DNA of 47,900 nucleotides. It comes from Candidatus Krumholzibacteriia bacterium. GTDB taxonomy: Bacteria > Krumholzibacteriota > Krumholzibacteriia > WVZY01. Within the stretch, counting starts at the first letter, position 1, and every line of letters starts with the position of its first letter. Below, in pieces: positions 1 to 9,962 of the stretch. The translations under genes were made by a program, and so were the position numbers. The notes under the pieces are model-generated. The model was not told the DNA's origin. It did no database searches and worked only from the letters and a program-made list of their open reading frames with translations. The stretch spans positions 1-47,900 of the forward strand of contig JBHHVD010000009.1 in assembly GCA_046754105.1 (NCBI GenBank), read 5' to 3'.

Positions 1-105
1 AGAGATAGTACCAGCCCCAACCGGTCACCTTCATCCAGGTGAAGTCCGTTTGCCAAAGCTCGTGCACTCGGCGGCTTCGGAGTTCCGACACAAGACCCGC
101 CGTTT
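1..105 (-). mobile_element. IS3-family transposase fragment (integrase core start), running off the window's left edge and disrupted by a micro-inversion
   Basis: Minus strand from 67 reads VHELWQTDFTWMKVTGWGWYYL, the W-x-T-D-x-T motif with the first DDE Asp. The expected upstream AASEFRHKTRR is on the plus strand at 69-102. Confidence 0.8.
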
Positions 106-119
106 GTTTTTCCTATCTG

Positions 120-271
120 ATCTGGACTGGTGGAATAATCGGCGGATACTCGAGCCGCTCGGATATCCTCTACCTGCGGAGTTCGAGGGTGTATACTACC
201 GGAATCAGAAAGAGGCGGCCACGGTGGTCGCACTCACATAACGGAGGCTCCGGAAAAACCGAGGCGGTTCA
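120..271 (+). mobile_element. IS3-family (IS51/IS6110-like) right-end remnant: transposase C-terminus plus terminal inverted repeat
   Basis: DWWNNRRILEPLGYPLPAEFEGVYY...* (stop at 241) resembles IS3 OrfB C-termini. It is followed by CTCCGGAAAAACCGAGGCGGTTCA (248-271), whose reverse complement TGAACCGCCTCGG...TCCGGAG is an IS6110-like IR. Confidence 0.8.
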
Positions 272-302
272 GTAGTGAAGTCCGAACCGTGATACAAAAT
301 CA

Positions 303-366
303 GTGGAACACGCTAATGCATGGGTACTTCGCTGCCGCTCGTCCGATGATTAGCAAACCGTTAGGC
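303..366 (+). other. attC-like integron recombination site (degenerate R'' box)
   Basis: GTGGAAC-ac-GCTAATGCATGG...CCGATGATTAGC-aaacc-GTTAGGC. Imperfect palindrome GCTAAT(G)CAT/ATGATTAGC with one unpaired G, ending in a canonical GTTRRRY immediately before a TA locus. Confidence 0.6.
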
Positions 367-368
367 TG

Positions 369-425
369 AATAGTAACGACACGCAATATTAACGCTAGAC
401 AATAGTAACGCGAGGCGGTATTATT
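369..425 (+). promoter_or_regulatory. higBA promoter with putative HigA operators
   Basis: TAGACA (-35-like) and TATTAT (-10-like). AATAGTAACG repeats at 369 and 401, and the second copy forms the imperfect palindrome AATAgTAACGC-gag-GCGgTAtTATT. Confidence 0.55.
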
Positions 426-430
426 ACGGC

Positions 431-712
431 ATGATTAAGTCGTTTCGAGACAAGGATACGGAGAAGGTGTTCTTGCGCGAACGTAGCCGTAAATTTGACA
501 AGAAGTTGCAGATTGTCGCCCAGCGTAAGCTTGCCATATTGGACGCCGCTGAGGCCCTGGGGGATCCCCGAAGCCCACCGGGTAATCGGCCGGAGAAGCT
601 CTCCGGGAATCGTCGGGGCCAGCACAGTATCCGCATCAATGACCAGTGGCGGATTTGCTTTCGATGGCGCGACCACGATGCTCACGACGTTGAGATCGTG
701 GATTATCACTAG
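431..712 (+). CDS. higB: HigB toxin (RelE superfamily)
   Basis: MIKSFRDKDTE...PPGNR.EKLSGNRRGQHSIRINDQWRICFRW...VEIVDYH; toxin lies upstream of the antitoxin. Confidence 0.95.
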   Translation: MIKSFRDKDTEKVFLRERSRKFDKKLQIVAQRKLAILDAAEALGDPRSPPGNRPEKLSGNRRGQHSIRINDQWRICFRWRDHDAHDVEIVDYH

Positions 713-722
713 GAGTAGAGTC

Positions 723-1022
723 ATGGCCCGTAAACTACCGCCAACGCATCCGGGAGAAGTTTTGTTGGAGGAGTTTCTCAAGCCCCTTGGTGTCAGCCAG
801 TATCGGTTGGCCAAGGATGTGAATGTCCCAGCGCGGCGCATCAATGAGATTGTCCACGGTAAGCGTTCAATAACCGCAGATACGGCTTTGCGGCTCTCGC
901 GGTACTTCGGCACGAGCGAGCGTTTCTGGATCAATCTCCAGTCGCGCTATGATCTGGAGTTGGAAAAGGACCGCCTAGGACCTCGCCTGATCGAGGAGGT
1001 CGAGGTTTTACGAGAGAACTAG
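723..1022 (+). CDS. higA: HigA antitoxin (XRE HTH)
   Basis: PPTHPGEVLLEEFLKPLG...RINEIVHGKRSITADTALRLSRYFGTSERFWINLQSRYDL; RBS AGGAG before ATG 723. Confidence 0.95.
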   Translation: MARKLPPTHPGEVLLEEFLKPLGVSQYRLAKDVNVPARRINEIVHGKRSITADTALRLSRYFGTSERFWINLQSRYDLELEKDRLGPRLIEEVEVLREN

Positions 1023-1026
1023 ATTC

Positions 1027-1152
1027 GGCGCGCACGAACAACCCGCCCAAACGATACAGAACATCTTGCGAGTTCAGCCGCCGGGCCACGTCGATCGCCA
1101 GGCATTCCCGCGTGAACTCATCAACGATTGTCAGCATCCGGATCGCTCGCAT
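1027..1152 (-). mobile_element. IS3-family (IS407-group-like) transposase internal fragment
   Basis: RAIRMLTIVDEFTRECLAIDVARRLNSQDVLYRLGGLF matches the rve core of IS3 OrfB; both ends are missing. Confidence 0.8.
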
Positions 1153-1363
1153 TGGGATACTCCGCGCGCCGGCGCACACACGAGCCATCATTGAGCCACA
1201 GCCGCCTGGGTTGATCGCACCAAGGCATTCAACGGCATCCGTTGCGAGGAGTGCCGCGGGGCCATCCGCCCAAGTCGGATAAGGAGCTACGGGAGATGGT
1301 GAGGGAGGAGGTGGAGGTGTTGAAGGAGTTGTGGGCCGGAGGGGCTGTCGCCTCAGACGGTAA

Positions 1364-1407
1364 CTGACAAAAGTCAAATAGAGGTGCCGCTGTAGAGACT
1401 GTATAAT
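1364..1407 (+). promoter_or_regulatory. Possible Crp/Fnr-type box plus -10 element upstream of the beta-helix gene
   Basis: CTGAC-AAAA-GTCAA (1364-1377) and TATAAT (1402-1407). Confidence 0.35.
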
Positions 1408-1467
1408 ATTCCGTCACTGCCAAAGCACCGTAGCTCGCGATCTACGCGTTCTCATACGAGGGTAGCG

Positions 1468-3492
1468 ATGAGACTGCTGCTTGTCACGCTTACACTCCTC
1501 TCTATTTGCTCTTCAATCTCGGTAGCCAGAACCTGGTACATCAAACCGGACGTTACCGGCGACGCACCGACGATACAAGCGGCGATTGACTCGGCGAGCG
1601 CCGGCGACACGGTGCTTCTTGCGCCGGGACTGTTCCGGGGCGGGGGTAACCGCAACATTGATTTCAAGGGCAAAGCGATCACCGTGACGTCTGAGTTTGG
1701 GCCGTACACGTCCCAGATTGTGCTGCCCGATGACGATTCTGTGGGATTCATCTTTAAGAGCGGTGAGGGACCCTCGAGTCGACTTGAGGGCGTCGGCATC
1801 GTGGGAGGGGGCCGCTTTGAAATTTCTCTCTTTGCCACGGGGATCAAATGCGTTTCTTCGTCGCCAACCATCGTGGGTAACCACATTGTATCCATGAACC
1901 ACGGAACGGCGATAAAATGTGACAATTCCAGCGCGACCATAAGCAGCAATATTATCGAGTGGATGGTGCGTGGAAGAAAAGGTAGCGGAATAGCTATCTC
2001 GTGCACGGGCGGATCTCCGGTGATCGTGGGCAACATTGTGCGCGAAAATGGTACCGCGGGCTCTATCGTGAGTACCATAGATGGTATTGTGTGCGGCGGC
2101 GGGTCTCCCACCATACAGGGTAATGAGATCGTGGACAACGTTGCGGTCCGGGGAATCTCAGTCAGCGATTGTTTGGCCGAAGTCAGCGATAACATCGTCG
2201 GAGGGACTGGGCTGGGCATATCCGCTCTGGGTTCAACACCGTCGACCATTGTCAACAACACTATTGTCGAGAACTCTACCAACGTCACGTGTTCCAGCCC
2301 TTCCGTCATAACGGGCAACATAATCGCTTTCGGGTCGTTTGCATTCAAGTGCCAAGGAGGAATACCGACGGTGTCATGCAACGTCATCTTCGGTCACACC
2401 GAAAGCGATTCAATCTGCGGCATCGACGGCGGCGGCAACATCGCTGAAGACCCGCTCTTCTGTGGCCCCCCCGACCCCGCTGTTTATACCCTTCATGTGG
2501 GCTCTCCGTGTTTGCCCGAAAACAACACGTGCGGAAAGCTCATCGGAGCGCTGCCCCCCGGGTGTGGTGGGGGCGCTGCCGTAGAATGTCCGGCTGATGT
2601 GGTTGTTCCGTCGAATCCGAACATACCCTATCTCGTTCTCGAAGGATTCACCATCCGGAATATCCACGCCAGTCCGTTGAGTTTCGCCTACGCGGTCCAC
2701 TCCGCGGGGCCCGGTACGCTGGTGGACAACGGCGACCCGGCATCCGTCGCCGGCGTGACCCCGCCCATCGAGCCGGGGGGGTCCTACACAACACCACAGC
2801 CTGGTCTCGAGATTCCGAGTATACGCGTATCTCTCCAACAGCGCGTGACACATGAGGCGGAAGATCCGGTGATCTCTGCGACCGTTGCCTGCGCACACTC
2901 GATCTTCTTCTGGCCGCCGGTGCCGGTGTTCATTACAAATTTCTCCGCCACAGCCCGGGAGGCGGCAGTCGACCTCGCGTGGGATGTTGTTTCGGATGAG
3001 AACATGAACGGGTTCAATATCTACCGGAGCCTGAAAGGAACGGATACCCGCAGCCGCGTCAATTTGGACGGACTGATTCCTCCCTCCGAGAGGAACCATG
3101 TCGACGAAACCGTTGTGGCGGGGGGGACGTATTCTTACACGCTCGGTGTGGTGCAGGCGGATGGTTCGGAGACGATCTCCCGCACCGCCACGGTGACGAT
3201 GACGGCCCACCGCGTGGCTCTCCACCAGAACTTCCCGAATCCTTTCAACCCGTCGACCACGATTCGATACTGGATCGCCAAGCAGGGCCCGGTCACACTG
3301 ACGGTGTACAATGTTGCGGGTAAGCACGTGAGAACGCTCGTGAAGGCGGTTCAGCGCCCCGCTGCGACGGGGCATATTGTGCGCTGGGACGGCCGAAATG
3401 AGAGCGGCGAATACGTCTCCTCCGGAGTCTACTTTTACCGCCTCGTCACGCGTGATTTCACACAAACCCGGAAGCTTGTACTCTTGAGGTAG
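1468..3492 (+). CDS. Secreted right-handed beta-helix repeat protein with C-terminal FlgD-Ig/T9SS type-A-like sorting domain
   Basis: Signal peptide; GDAPTIQAAIDSASAGDTVLLAPG; repeated SSPTIxGNxI; DPLFC; C-terminal QNFPNPFNPSTTIRY...WDGRNESG..VSSGVYFYRL...TRKLVLLR. Confidence 0.85.
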   Translation: MRLLLVTLTLLSICSSISVARTWYIKPDVTGDAPTIQAAIDSASAGDTVLLAPGLFRGGGNRNIDFKGKAITVTSEFGPYTSQIVLPDDDSVGFIFKSGEGPSSRLEGVGIVGGGRFEISLFATGIKCVSSSPTIVGNHIVSMNHGTAIKCDNSSATISSNIIEWMVRGRKGSGIAISCTGGSPVIVGNIVRENGTAGSIVSTIDGIVCGGGSPTIQGNEIVDNVAVRGISVSDCLAEVSDNIVGGTGLGISALGSTPSTIVNNTIVENSTNVTCSSPSVITGNIIAFGSFAFKCQGGIPTVSCNVIFGHTESDSICGIDGGGNIAEDPLFCGPPDPAVYTLHVGSPCLPENNTCGKLIGALPPGCGGGAAVECPADVVVPSNPNIPYLVLEGFTIRNIHASPLSFAYAVHSAGPGTLVDNGDPASVAGVTPPIEPGGSYTTPQPGLEIPSIRVSLQQRVTHEAEDPVISATVACAHSIFFWPPVPVFITNFSATAREAAVDLAWDVVSDENMNGFNIYRSLKGTDTRSRVNLDGLIPPSERNHVDETVVAGGTYSYTLGVVQADGSETISRTATVTMTAHRVALHQNFPNPFNPSTTIRYWIAKQGPVTLTVYNVAGKHVRTLVKAVQRPAATGHIVRWDGRNESGEYVSSGVYFYRLVTRDFTQTRKLVLLR

Positions 3493-3586
3493 TATCAGCC
3501 GATCAAGAACCGATGCTCGAGGTGGGACGAGGCCGCGTTCCGGTTCCGAGTGAGCCGAGACATAGATCACCTTTGGGCGATATTCG

Positions 3587-4333
3587 TCAGCCGGACGCCG
3601 CTCCGACCATTTTCCTGCGCAGGAAGGCGATCTGCGCCTGGTGCGGGAGGTCCTTGGGGCAGTGGTCCTCGCATCCCATGAGGCTCATGCAGCCGAAGAC
3701 ACCGGTATCGTTGCCGATGATCTCGTACCAGTCCCGGTCGGAGCGCCTGTCGCGCGAGTCCAGGTGGAAGCGGGCGACCTTCATCATGCCCATGGCGCCG
3801 AGAAAGTCGTCCCGCATGCGCTTGGTCGCGCACGCCGAGATACAGCAGCCGCACTCGATGCAGCGGTCGAGTTCGTAGATCTCGTCGGCGAGGTCCGGGT
3901 CCATGCGCTCCTCGATCCGGTCCAGGTCCGGGGCCTTGGCCTCCTCTTCGTGAATCCACGTCTCCACGCGCTCGCTGACCTCGCGGTTGAAGCGCCCGGT
4001 GTCGACCGAGAGGTCGCCGATCAGGTCGAAGGCGGGCAGCGGCAGGAGTGTGATCTGGGGCTCTTTGAACTTCGACGTCAGGGTCCTGCAGGCGAGATCC
4101 GGGCGCCCGTTGATGACCATGCCGCAGCTGCCGCAGATGCCGGCGCGGCACACGAAGTCGAACTGCAGCGACGGGTCCTGCTTCTCGCGGATCTGATTGA
4201 GCGCGATGAAGATGGTCATTCCGGAGGCTTCCGCTACCTCGAACGTCTGCATGCGAGGCGAGTCGCCCTCTTTCTGCGGGTCGTACCTGAAGATGTGAAA
4301 CTCGAGGGTTCGTCCCTCATTCGCGTTGCTCAT
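3587..4333 (-). CDS. frdB: Quinol:fumarate reductase iron-sulfur subunit
   Basis: CRAGICGSC...C (2Fe-2S), CIECGCC..C and CMSLMGC..HCP clusters. Confidence 0.95.
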   Translation of the reverse strand: MSNANEGRTLEFHIFRYDPQKEGDSPRMQTFEVAEASGMTIFIALNQIREKQDPSLQFDFVCRAGICGSCGMVINGRPDLACRTLTSKFKEPQITLLPLPAFDLIGDLSVDTGRFNREVSERVETWIHEEEAKAPDLDRIEERMDPDLADEIYELDRCIECGCCISACATKRMRDDFLGAMGMMKVARFHLDSRDRRSDRDWYEIIGNDTGVFGCMSLMGCEDHCPKDLPHQAQIAFLRRKMVGAASG

Positions 4334-6300
4334 TCGAAACCAACTCCTATCCGCTCGTTCTTTCCCTTGTACTTCCCGGGCACTTCAAACGGCATCAGCG
4401 CCTGCTGGATCTCGAAGCGATCCGCGGCCGGCATCGAGCTTTTGATTTCCTCTACTTGTTTTACCCGCTTCTCCGTATCGGGGTGCGCGATGGTCTCGGC
4501 GTTGCCGTAGCCGCGGGACCCCGGCGGCATCTCCATCTTCATGACGTCGAGCTGCTCGTACTCCAGGGCCGGCATGTCGTCGTCCTCGTTTCGCCAGAAT
4601 GCGAGGGTGCGCTTGAGCCAGTCTCGGTCGTTCCGCTCCGGAAAGTCCTCTCGTGCGTGGGCGCCGCGGCTCTCTTTGCGCTCCAGCGCCCCGCACGCCA
4701 CGGCCAGCGCCAGCTTGATCATCTTCGGCACGCGGATGGCCTCGACCAGGTCTGGGTTGGCGTGGCGGACCTTGTTGCGAACGCCCACGTTGCGGCTCCG
4801 CCGGGCGAGTACGCGGAGGTCGTCCACCGCTTTTTGCAAATCCACGCCGGTACGAAAGATGCCGACGTTGTCCATCATCGTCTGCTGCATCGCTGCCTTG
4901 AGCTCATAAGGGTTCTCTCCATCGCTGCGGCCCAGGATGTCCGCGATTTTGCCCTCCTCGCGGCGCACGAACGCCTCGACCACGGACGTGGGAATGTCGA
5001 CGGGGTTCTCTTTGCAATAGTCGGCGACGTACTCGCCGACGATCATGCCGGCCACGACCGTCTCCGCCACGGAGTTGCCGCCGAGGCGGTTGAAACCGTG
5101 CATGTCCCAACACGCCGACTCGCCCGTGGCAAAAAGCCCCCGCAGGTGCGTGCTCTCTCCGGTCGGCCGCGTGCGAATGCCTCCCATGGAGTAGTGCTGG
5201 GTCGGGCGGACGGGAATGTAATCCTTCACCGGGTCGATGCCCAAGAAGTACCGGCAGATTTCCTTGACCTCTCTGAGGTTTTTTTCAATATGCACCTTAC
5301 CCAGAAGTGTAATGTCGAGCCACAGGTGGTCGCCGTAGGGCGAGGGCACGCCCTTGCCCTTGCGAATGTGCTCGGTCATGCGCCGCGAGACGACGTCTCG
5401 GGAGGCGAGCTCCTTCTTTTCGGGCTCGTAGTCGGGCATGAAACGATAGCCGTCGACGTCCTTGAGCAGGCCGCCGTCGCCGCGGCAGCCCTCGGTGGTG
5501 AGGATACCGGCCGGCACGATCGCCGTCGGGTGAAACTGCACCGCCTCCATGTTGCCGAGCGGCGCCACCCCCGTTTCCAGCGCGATGGCCGCACCGATGC
5601 CCTCGCTGATCACCGAATTGGTCGAGATCGAGTAGATGCGGCCGTAGCCGCCGGTCGAAATCGTCGTGGCCCTGGCCACGTACGCGGTCAGCTCGCCGGT
5701 TATGAGATCGCGGACCACCGCCCCATAACAAACGCCGTCATTATGAATCAACGCGACGGCTTCCTTGCGCTCGTGCACCGGGATGTTCTGCTGGATCGCC
5801 CGGTTGTCCATGGCGTAGAGCATCGTGTGACCGGTGCCGTCGGCCGTATAGCACGTACGCCATTTCTTGGTGCCGCCGAAGTCGCGCGCCATGATCAGGC
5901 CGTGGGATTCGTCCTTTTCCGTGATCGTTACGCGTTTGGCGTTGATGACGACTTCGTGCTCGCCCTTGCGGATGCGGCTCCAGGGCACGCCCCAGGTGGC
6001 GAGCTCGCGAACCGCCTTCGGAGCCGTGTTGGCGAACATGCGGGCGACCTGCTGGTCGCAGCCCCAGTCGCTGCCCTTGACCGTATCGGCGAAATGGACG
6101 TCTTCGTTGTCCCCCTCGCTCTTGACCGCCGCCGCGAGGCTCCCCTGCATCCCCCCCTGGGCGGCCGCCGAGTGGGATCGTTTGGCCGGGATCAACGACA
6201 GTACGATCGTGTCGAGGCCCCTCGATTGCGTGGCGATGGCGGTTCGCAATCCGGCAAGTCCGCCGCCGATGACGAGTGAATCAGTATAGACAATCTTCAT
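4330..6300 (-). CDS. frdA: Quinol:fumarate reductase flavoprotein subunit (Wolinella/Campylobacter type)
   Basis: [16 protein letters not shown] (covalent-FAD His); [41 protein letters not shown]; 656 aa. Confidence 0.97.
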   Translation of the reverse strand: MKIVYTDSLVIGGGLAGLRTAIATQSRGLDTIVLSLIPAKRSHSAAAQGGMQGSLAAAVKSEGDNEDVHFADTVKGSDWGCDQQVARMFANTAPKAVRELATWGVPWSRIRKGEHEVVINAKRVTITEKDESHGLIMARDFGGTKKWRTCYTADGTGHTMLYAMDNRAIQQNIPVHERKEAVALIHNDGVCYGAVVRDLITGELTAYVARATTISTGGYGRIYSISTNSVISEGIGAAIALETGVAPLGNMEAVQFHPTAIVPAGILTTEGCRGDGGLLKDVDGYRFMPDYEPEKKELASRDVVSRRMTEHIRKGKGVPSPYGDHLWLDITLLGKVHIEKNLREVKEICRYFLGIDPVKDYIPVRPTQHYSMGGIRTRPTGESTHLRGLFATGESACWDMHGFNRLGGNSVAETVVAGMIVGEYVADYCKENPVDIPTSVVEAFVRREEGKIADILGRSDGENPYELKAAMQQTMMDNVGIFRTGVDLQKAVDDLRVLARRSRNVGVRNKVRHANPDLVEAIRVPKMIKLALAVACGALERKESRGAHAREDFPERNDRDWLKRTLAFWRNEDDDMPALEYEQLDVMKMEMPPGSRGYGNAETIAHPDTEKRVKQVEEIKSSMPAADRFEIQQALMPFEVPGKYKGKNERIGVGFE

Positions 6301-7085
6301 TCGCCCTCACCTCCCTGGGATACATCCGTGGCTTCTTTCGTTGTCGAGGAATGCTCGGCGGGATGGTAGCGCCCGCCGGCGTCGCCGCGGTGTTCCAGGC
6401 CGATTCTCATGTACGTGGCGAATGTCAGGGCTCCGACGACCAGGAAAAAAACGGTGAGCGCGTTCTTCAGTGCCTTGAGACGGCTGCGGGTGGATTTCGG
6501 GTTCTTACCTTTGAGCGACAACCACTTTACCGCCAGGCGATACATGCCGATCGTGGCGTGCAACTCCACCGCGATCAGCAGTACGAGGTACAGCGGCCAG
6601 AAGTATTCCGACACGAAGCGGTCCGACGACGCGTAGGGCCCGATCTTGTCGGGGTGGCTGATCATCACGTAGAGATGGACCGACCCGAGAAAGAACATGA
6701 TAAAGCCCGTGACCACCTGCCAGTACCACAGGTTGGTGTCGCTGTGTTTCATCATGCCCATCTGGTGGCGGATGATCCGATGCTGTCGCCACGAAATGGG
6801 GAACTTGCGAACCGCTATGCCCGCGTGAATGATAAAAATAGTGAAAACAATGATTCCGATGATGCTGACGATCACCGGGTAGCCGTGGGTCCATCCCGTC
6901 AGGAATCTCAGCTCGAAGAAGCCCGTCACGTAGTACATGGCCTTCTTGCCCAACAGGATGCTCGAGACGAGAAAGAGGTGCACCCACATGAACACGGCCA
7001 GGATGAGGCCGGTGACGCTCTGCGCCACGTCCAGCCGGGCGGGCACCGGGCTTACGTCCACCGTGTTGTCTATGAGATTCTTCAT
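6297..7085 (-). CDS. frdC: Diheme cytochrome b membrane anchor of fumarate reductase (5-TM, type B)
   Basis: [65 protein letters not shown]. Start placed at ATG 7085 with RBS AAGGG. Confidence 0.92.
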   Translation of the reverse strand: MKNLIDNTVDVSPVPARLDVAQSVTGLILAVFMWVHLFLVSSILLGKKAMYYVTGFFELRFLTGWTHGYPVIVSIIGIIVFTIFIIHAGIAVRKFPISWRQHRIIRHQMGMMKHSDTNLWYWQVVTGFIMFFLGSVHLYVMISHPDKIGPYASSDRFVSEYFWPLYLVLLIAVELHATIGMYRLAVKWLSLKGKNPKSTRSRLKALKNALTVFFLVVGALTFATYMRIGLEHRGDAGGRYHPAEHSSTTKEATDVSQGGEGE

Positions 7086-7248
7086 CACACAACCCTTCTT
7101 TCTGTGGAATAATTCGAGCGTAAGATTACCAAAGAAACGGGTGGAAGTGTAGGAAAAACCGCCGCCAGTGAGCGACGTAAGCAATTATGGTGTCTTGTGA
7201 TACGGTAGTTGATTCCAGGCGGCCGAGCCGATCGCACGGTGGAAAGAA

Positions 7249-9078
7249 TCACGGTTTACGCTTGGCGGCTTGCTTGCGTTGGTTCTCGGTCAGGTGTTGC
7301 TTTCGCAGACGGATGTTCTTCGGCGTGATCTCCACGAGCTCGCCGTCCGTGATGAACTCCAGGGCGAACTCCAGCGTCATCTCGCGTGGCGGGGTAAGCT
7401 GGATCGCGTCGTCCGACCCGGCCGCGCGCACGTTTGTTAGCTTTTTCTCGCGCTCCGCGTTGACCACCATGTCGCTGCCCTTGTTGGCGACTCCCACGAT
7501 CATCCCTTCGTAGAGATCGTCGCCCGGTCGGACGAGGATCTCGCCCCGTTCCTCGAGACCCCACAGCGCATAGGCCACGGCTTTGCCGGCGCTCATCGAC
7601 ACCATCACCCCGGTCTTGCGGCCCGGCATTTCGCCTTTGTGCTTCTGATACTGGTAGAAATTCTGGTACATGATGCCGGTGCCGCGTGTCATCATCAGAA
7701 GCTCGCTGCGGAAACCGATAAGCGCTCGCGAGGCGGTATAGAACTCGAGGCGTACCGTGCCGACGGCGCTCATGGTGATGTTCGTGACCTCGCCCTTGCG
7801 CTCTCCGATCGCCTGCATGACCGCGCCCTGAAACTCAGGATCGACCTCGATCACCACTTCCTCGACGGGCTCGAGCACGTCGTCATCCACTTTCTTGAGT
7901 ATGACCTCGGGGCGCGACACCTCCAGCTCGTACCCCTCGCGGCGCATCGTCTCGATCAAAATGGCAAGATGCAACTCGCCGCGGCCGGACACTTTGAAAC
8001 GATCGCCGCCGGCGGTTTCTTCGACCTGGACGCCGACGTTGACCTTCGCCTCGTGCGCGAGCCGCTCGCGAAGGTGGCGCGACGTCAAGAAACGGCCGCC
8101 ATCCTTACCGGCGAGCGGGCTCGTATTGTGAGAAAAATTCATCGAGATCGTCGGCTCGTCGATCTTGACCATGGGCAGCAGTTCGGGGTTCTCGGGTGCG
8201 GCGAGCGTGGAACCGACCTTGACGTTTTCCATGCCCGCCAGCGATACGATATCGCCGGCCATTGCCATATCGACTTCTACGCGGCGCAGGCCCTGGTAGC
8301 GGAGGATCCGGGTCACGCGACCGCGCTCGTGGCGGCCGTCGCGCCGGACCAGCACGATGGGCTCGTTGGGCGTGATCTTGCCGTCGAAGATACGTCCGAT
8401 GCCGATGTGGCCGATGTAGTTGTCGTAATCCAGCATCGTAACCAGCATGCGAAACGGGCGGTCCACGTCTGCAACGGGGGGCAGGACGCGGTGCAGCATC
8501 ACGTCGAGCAGCGGAGTCATGTCGGTATCGGTGTCTTTCAGTTCGAGGCGGGCGTATTCGTCTTTGCCCGAGGCATACACGATGGGAAAGTCGAGTTGCT
8601 CGTCGGTGGCGTTCAGCTCGCAAAAGAGATCGAACGTCATGTCGGCGACGCCGTCGGGTCGCGCGTCCGGCCGGTCGATCTTGTTGATGATGACGATGGG
8701 CTTCAAGTGCAGCTCGAGCGATTTCTTGAGGACGAACTTGGTCTGCGGCATGGGGCCTTCGAAAGCGTCGACGAGCAGGAGCACGCCATCGACCATTCGT
8801 AAGATCCGCTCTACTTCGCTGCCGAAGTCCGCGTGCCCCGGCGTGTCGACAATGTTAAAACAGATATCTCGCCATGTGAACGACGCGTTCTTGGAAAAAA
8901 TCGTGATACCGCGCTCTCTTTCCAGGGGGTTGGAGTCCATGATGGTGGCCTCGCCGGCGCGGAACGTGTGGGCGCCGGTCTGCCTCAGCAGGGCATCGAC
9001 GAGCGTGGTCTTGCCGTGATCGACGTGCGCTATTATCGCGACGTTTCGAACGTCTTTTCTGCGTTTCTGGTTTGGCAT
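7249..9078 (-). CDS. typA: Translational GTPase TypA/BipA
   Basis: RNVAIIAHVDHGKTTLVD, ERERGITI, DTPGHADF, NKID, SGRGELHL, C-terminal KKLTNVRAAGSD...EITPKNIRLRK. Confidence 0.97.
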   Translation of the reverse strand: MPNQKRRKDVRNVAIIAHVDHGKTTLVDALLRQTGAHTFRAGEATIMDSNPLERERGITIFSKNASFTWRDICFNIVDTPGHADFGSEVERILRMVDGVLLLVDAFEGPMPQTKFVLKKSLELHLKPIVIINKIDRPDARPDGVADMTFDLFCELNATDEQLDFPIVYASGKDEYARLELKDTDTDMTPLLDVMLHRVLPPVADVDRPFRMLVTMLDYDNYIGHIGIGRIFDGKITPNEPIVLVRRDGRHERGRVTRILRYQGLRRVEVDMAMAGDIVSLAGMENVKVGSTLAAPENPELLPMVKIDEPTISMNFSHNTSPLAGKDGGRFLTSRHLRERLAHEAKVNVGVQVEETAGGDRFKVSGRGELHLAILIETMRREGYELEVSRPEVILKKVDDDVLEPVEEVVIEVDPEFQGAVMQAIGERKGEVTNITMSAVGTVRLEFYTASRALIGFRSELLMMTRGTGIMYQNFYQYQKHKGEMPGRKTGVMVSMSAGKAVAYALWGLEERGEILVRPGDDLYEGMIVGVANKGSDMVVNAEREKKLTNVRAAGSDDAIQLTPPREMTLEFALEFITDGELVEITPKNIRLRKQHLTENQRKQAAKRKP

Positions 9079-9397
9079 AGGTAGTCGGCCCTTGCGTGCG
9101 CATCCGCCGAGCCGGCCCGAGGCAGGAAACCCCGGGGCAGGCGACGCGGCGCGGTGAATTGCCCATTGAGTCGCCGGCAGCGTTACGTCGCCACCGGTCC
9201 AGAATAGCCCAGGATAACTCATTTGTTTGCAGGTAACAAGATGCGTGTCGAAACCGCGGGCGCGCGGCCGCCCTCTTGCGAGCCCAAGTGCGGGGCCATT
9301 TTGACAAACTCTCATCGCACTGCTACAATAAGTTCATTATCGGACGGACGATCTCCCGCTTTCTGTGTCCTGGCACTCCGGCCGCAGCTGCCCCGTG

Positions 9398-9886
9398 ATG
9401 AAGCTTTCAATCGCACTCCTGGTTCTGCTGGTTTCGTCCTGCGCCTCATCGCGCCAGGCGGGAACAGTGACAACGAGGCGCGGGCATACGATTTCGTTCG
9501 ATGGCACCTGGTTCGCCGTGCTCGATATGTCGTACGAGGATGCCTGGAGCCGGGTCCTTCGAACGCTCGATTGGCACGAATGGCCGGTGGAGAGTCAGGT
9601 GGAGGAGTCCGGGACAATCACGACCGCGACGGTCAACGTGGGGGTTTACCGGGACAAGTACGCGTGCCAGAAATGGTCCAACGTGACGGCTCTCAGGTGC
9701 CAGCTCACCGTGCATGTCGGGCCACTGCCAGGGAACCGGATGAAGATACGAGTCACTGCCAGACTGGAGGGGAAGGTTTTCTATCCGCGAGGCGGTGGAT
9801 TTACAGACCGGGAGGTGTGGAGGATATGCGAGTCCACCGGAAAAATCGAGAGCGAGTTTTTTGACACGTTTCTGAGCCGCCTCTAG
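9398..9886 (+). CDS. Hypothetical lipoprotein (weak BamC/NlpB-like helix-grip pattern)
   Basis: Lipobox MKLSIALLVLLVSSC; SYEDAWSRVLRTL...ESGTITT. Confidence 0.65.
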   Translation: MKLSIALLVLLVSSCASSRQAGTVTTRRGHTISFDGTWFAVLDMSYEDAWSRVLRTLDWHEWPVESQVEESGTITTATVNVGVYRDKYACQKWSNVTALRCQLTVHVGPLPGNRMKIRVTARLEGKVFYPRGGGFTDREVWRICESTGKIESEFFDTFLSRL

Positions 9887-9962
9887 CGCAATGGGTCGCG
9901 CGGAGGTAGACGAACTCCGAACGGGCAAATTTCCGCCCGCATGGATGAAGGGTCCCACCCGA

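Noticed and set aside
1153..1367. Purine-rich stretch encoding ...KELREMVREEVEVLKELW*
   Set aside because: It may be a gene tail, but it has no start or recognisable family. The resemblance to the HigA end (EEVEVL) is too short to mean anything.
4456..6279. Long antisense ORFs (also 15783-17555, 7639-8802, 2410-3570, 46168-47169 and others)
   Set aside because: These are shadow frames opposite well-supported genes, expected in high-GC DNA, and carry no motifs.
9079..9315. Extended N-terminus of TypA
   Set aside because: Homology begins at RNVAIIAH, so ATG 9078 is the plausible start.
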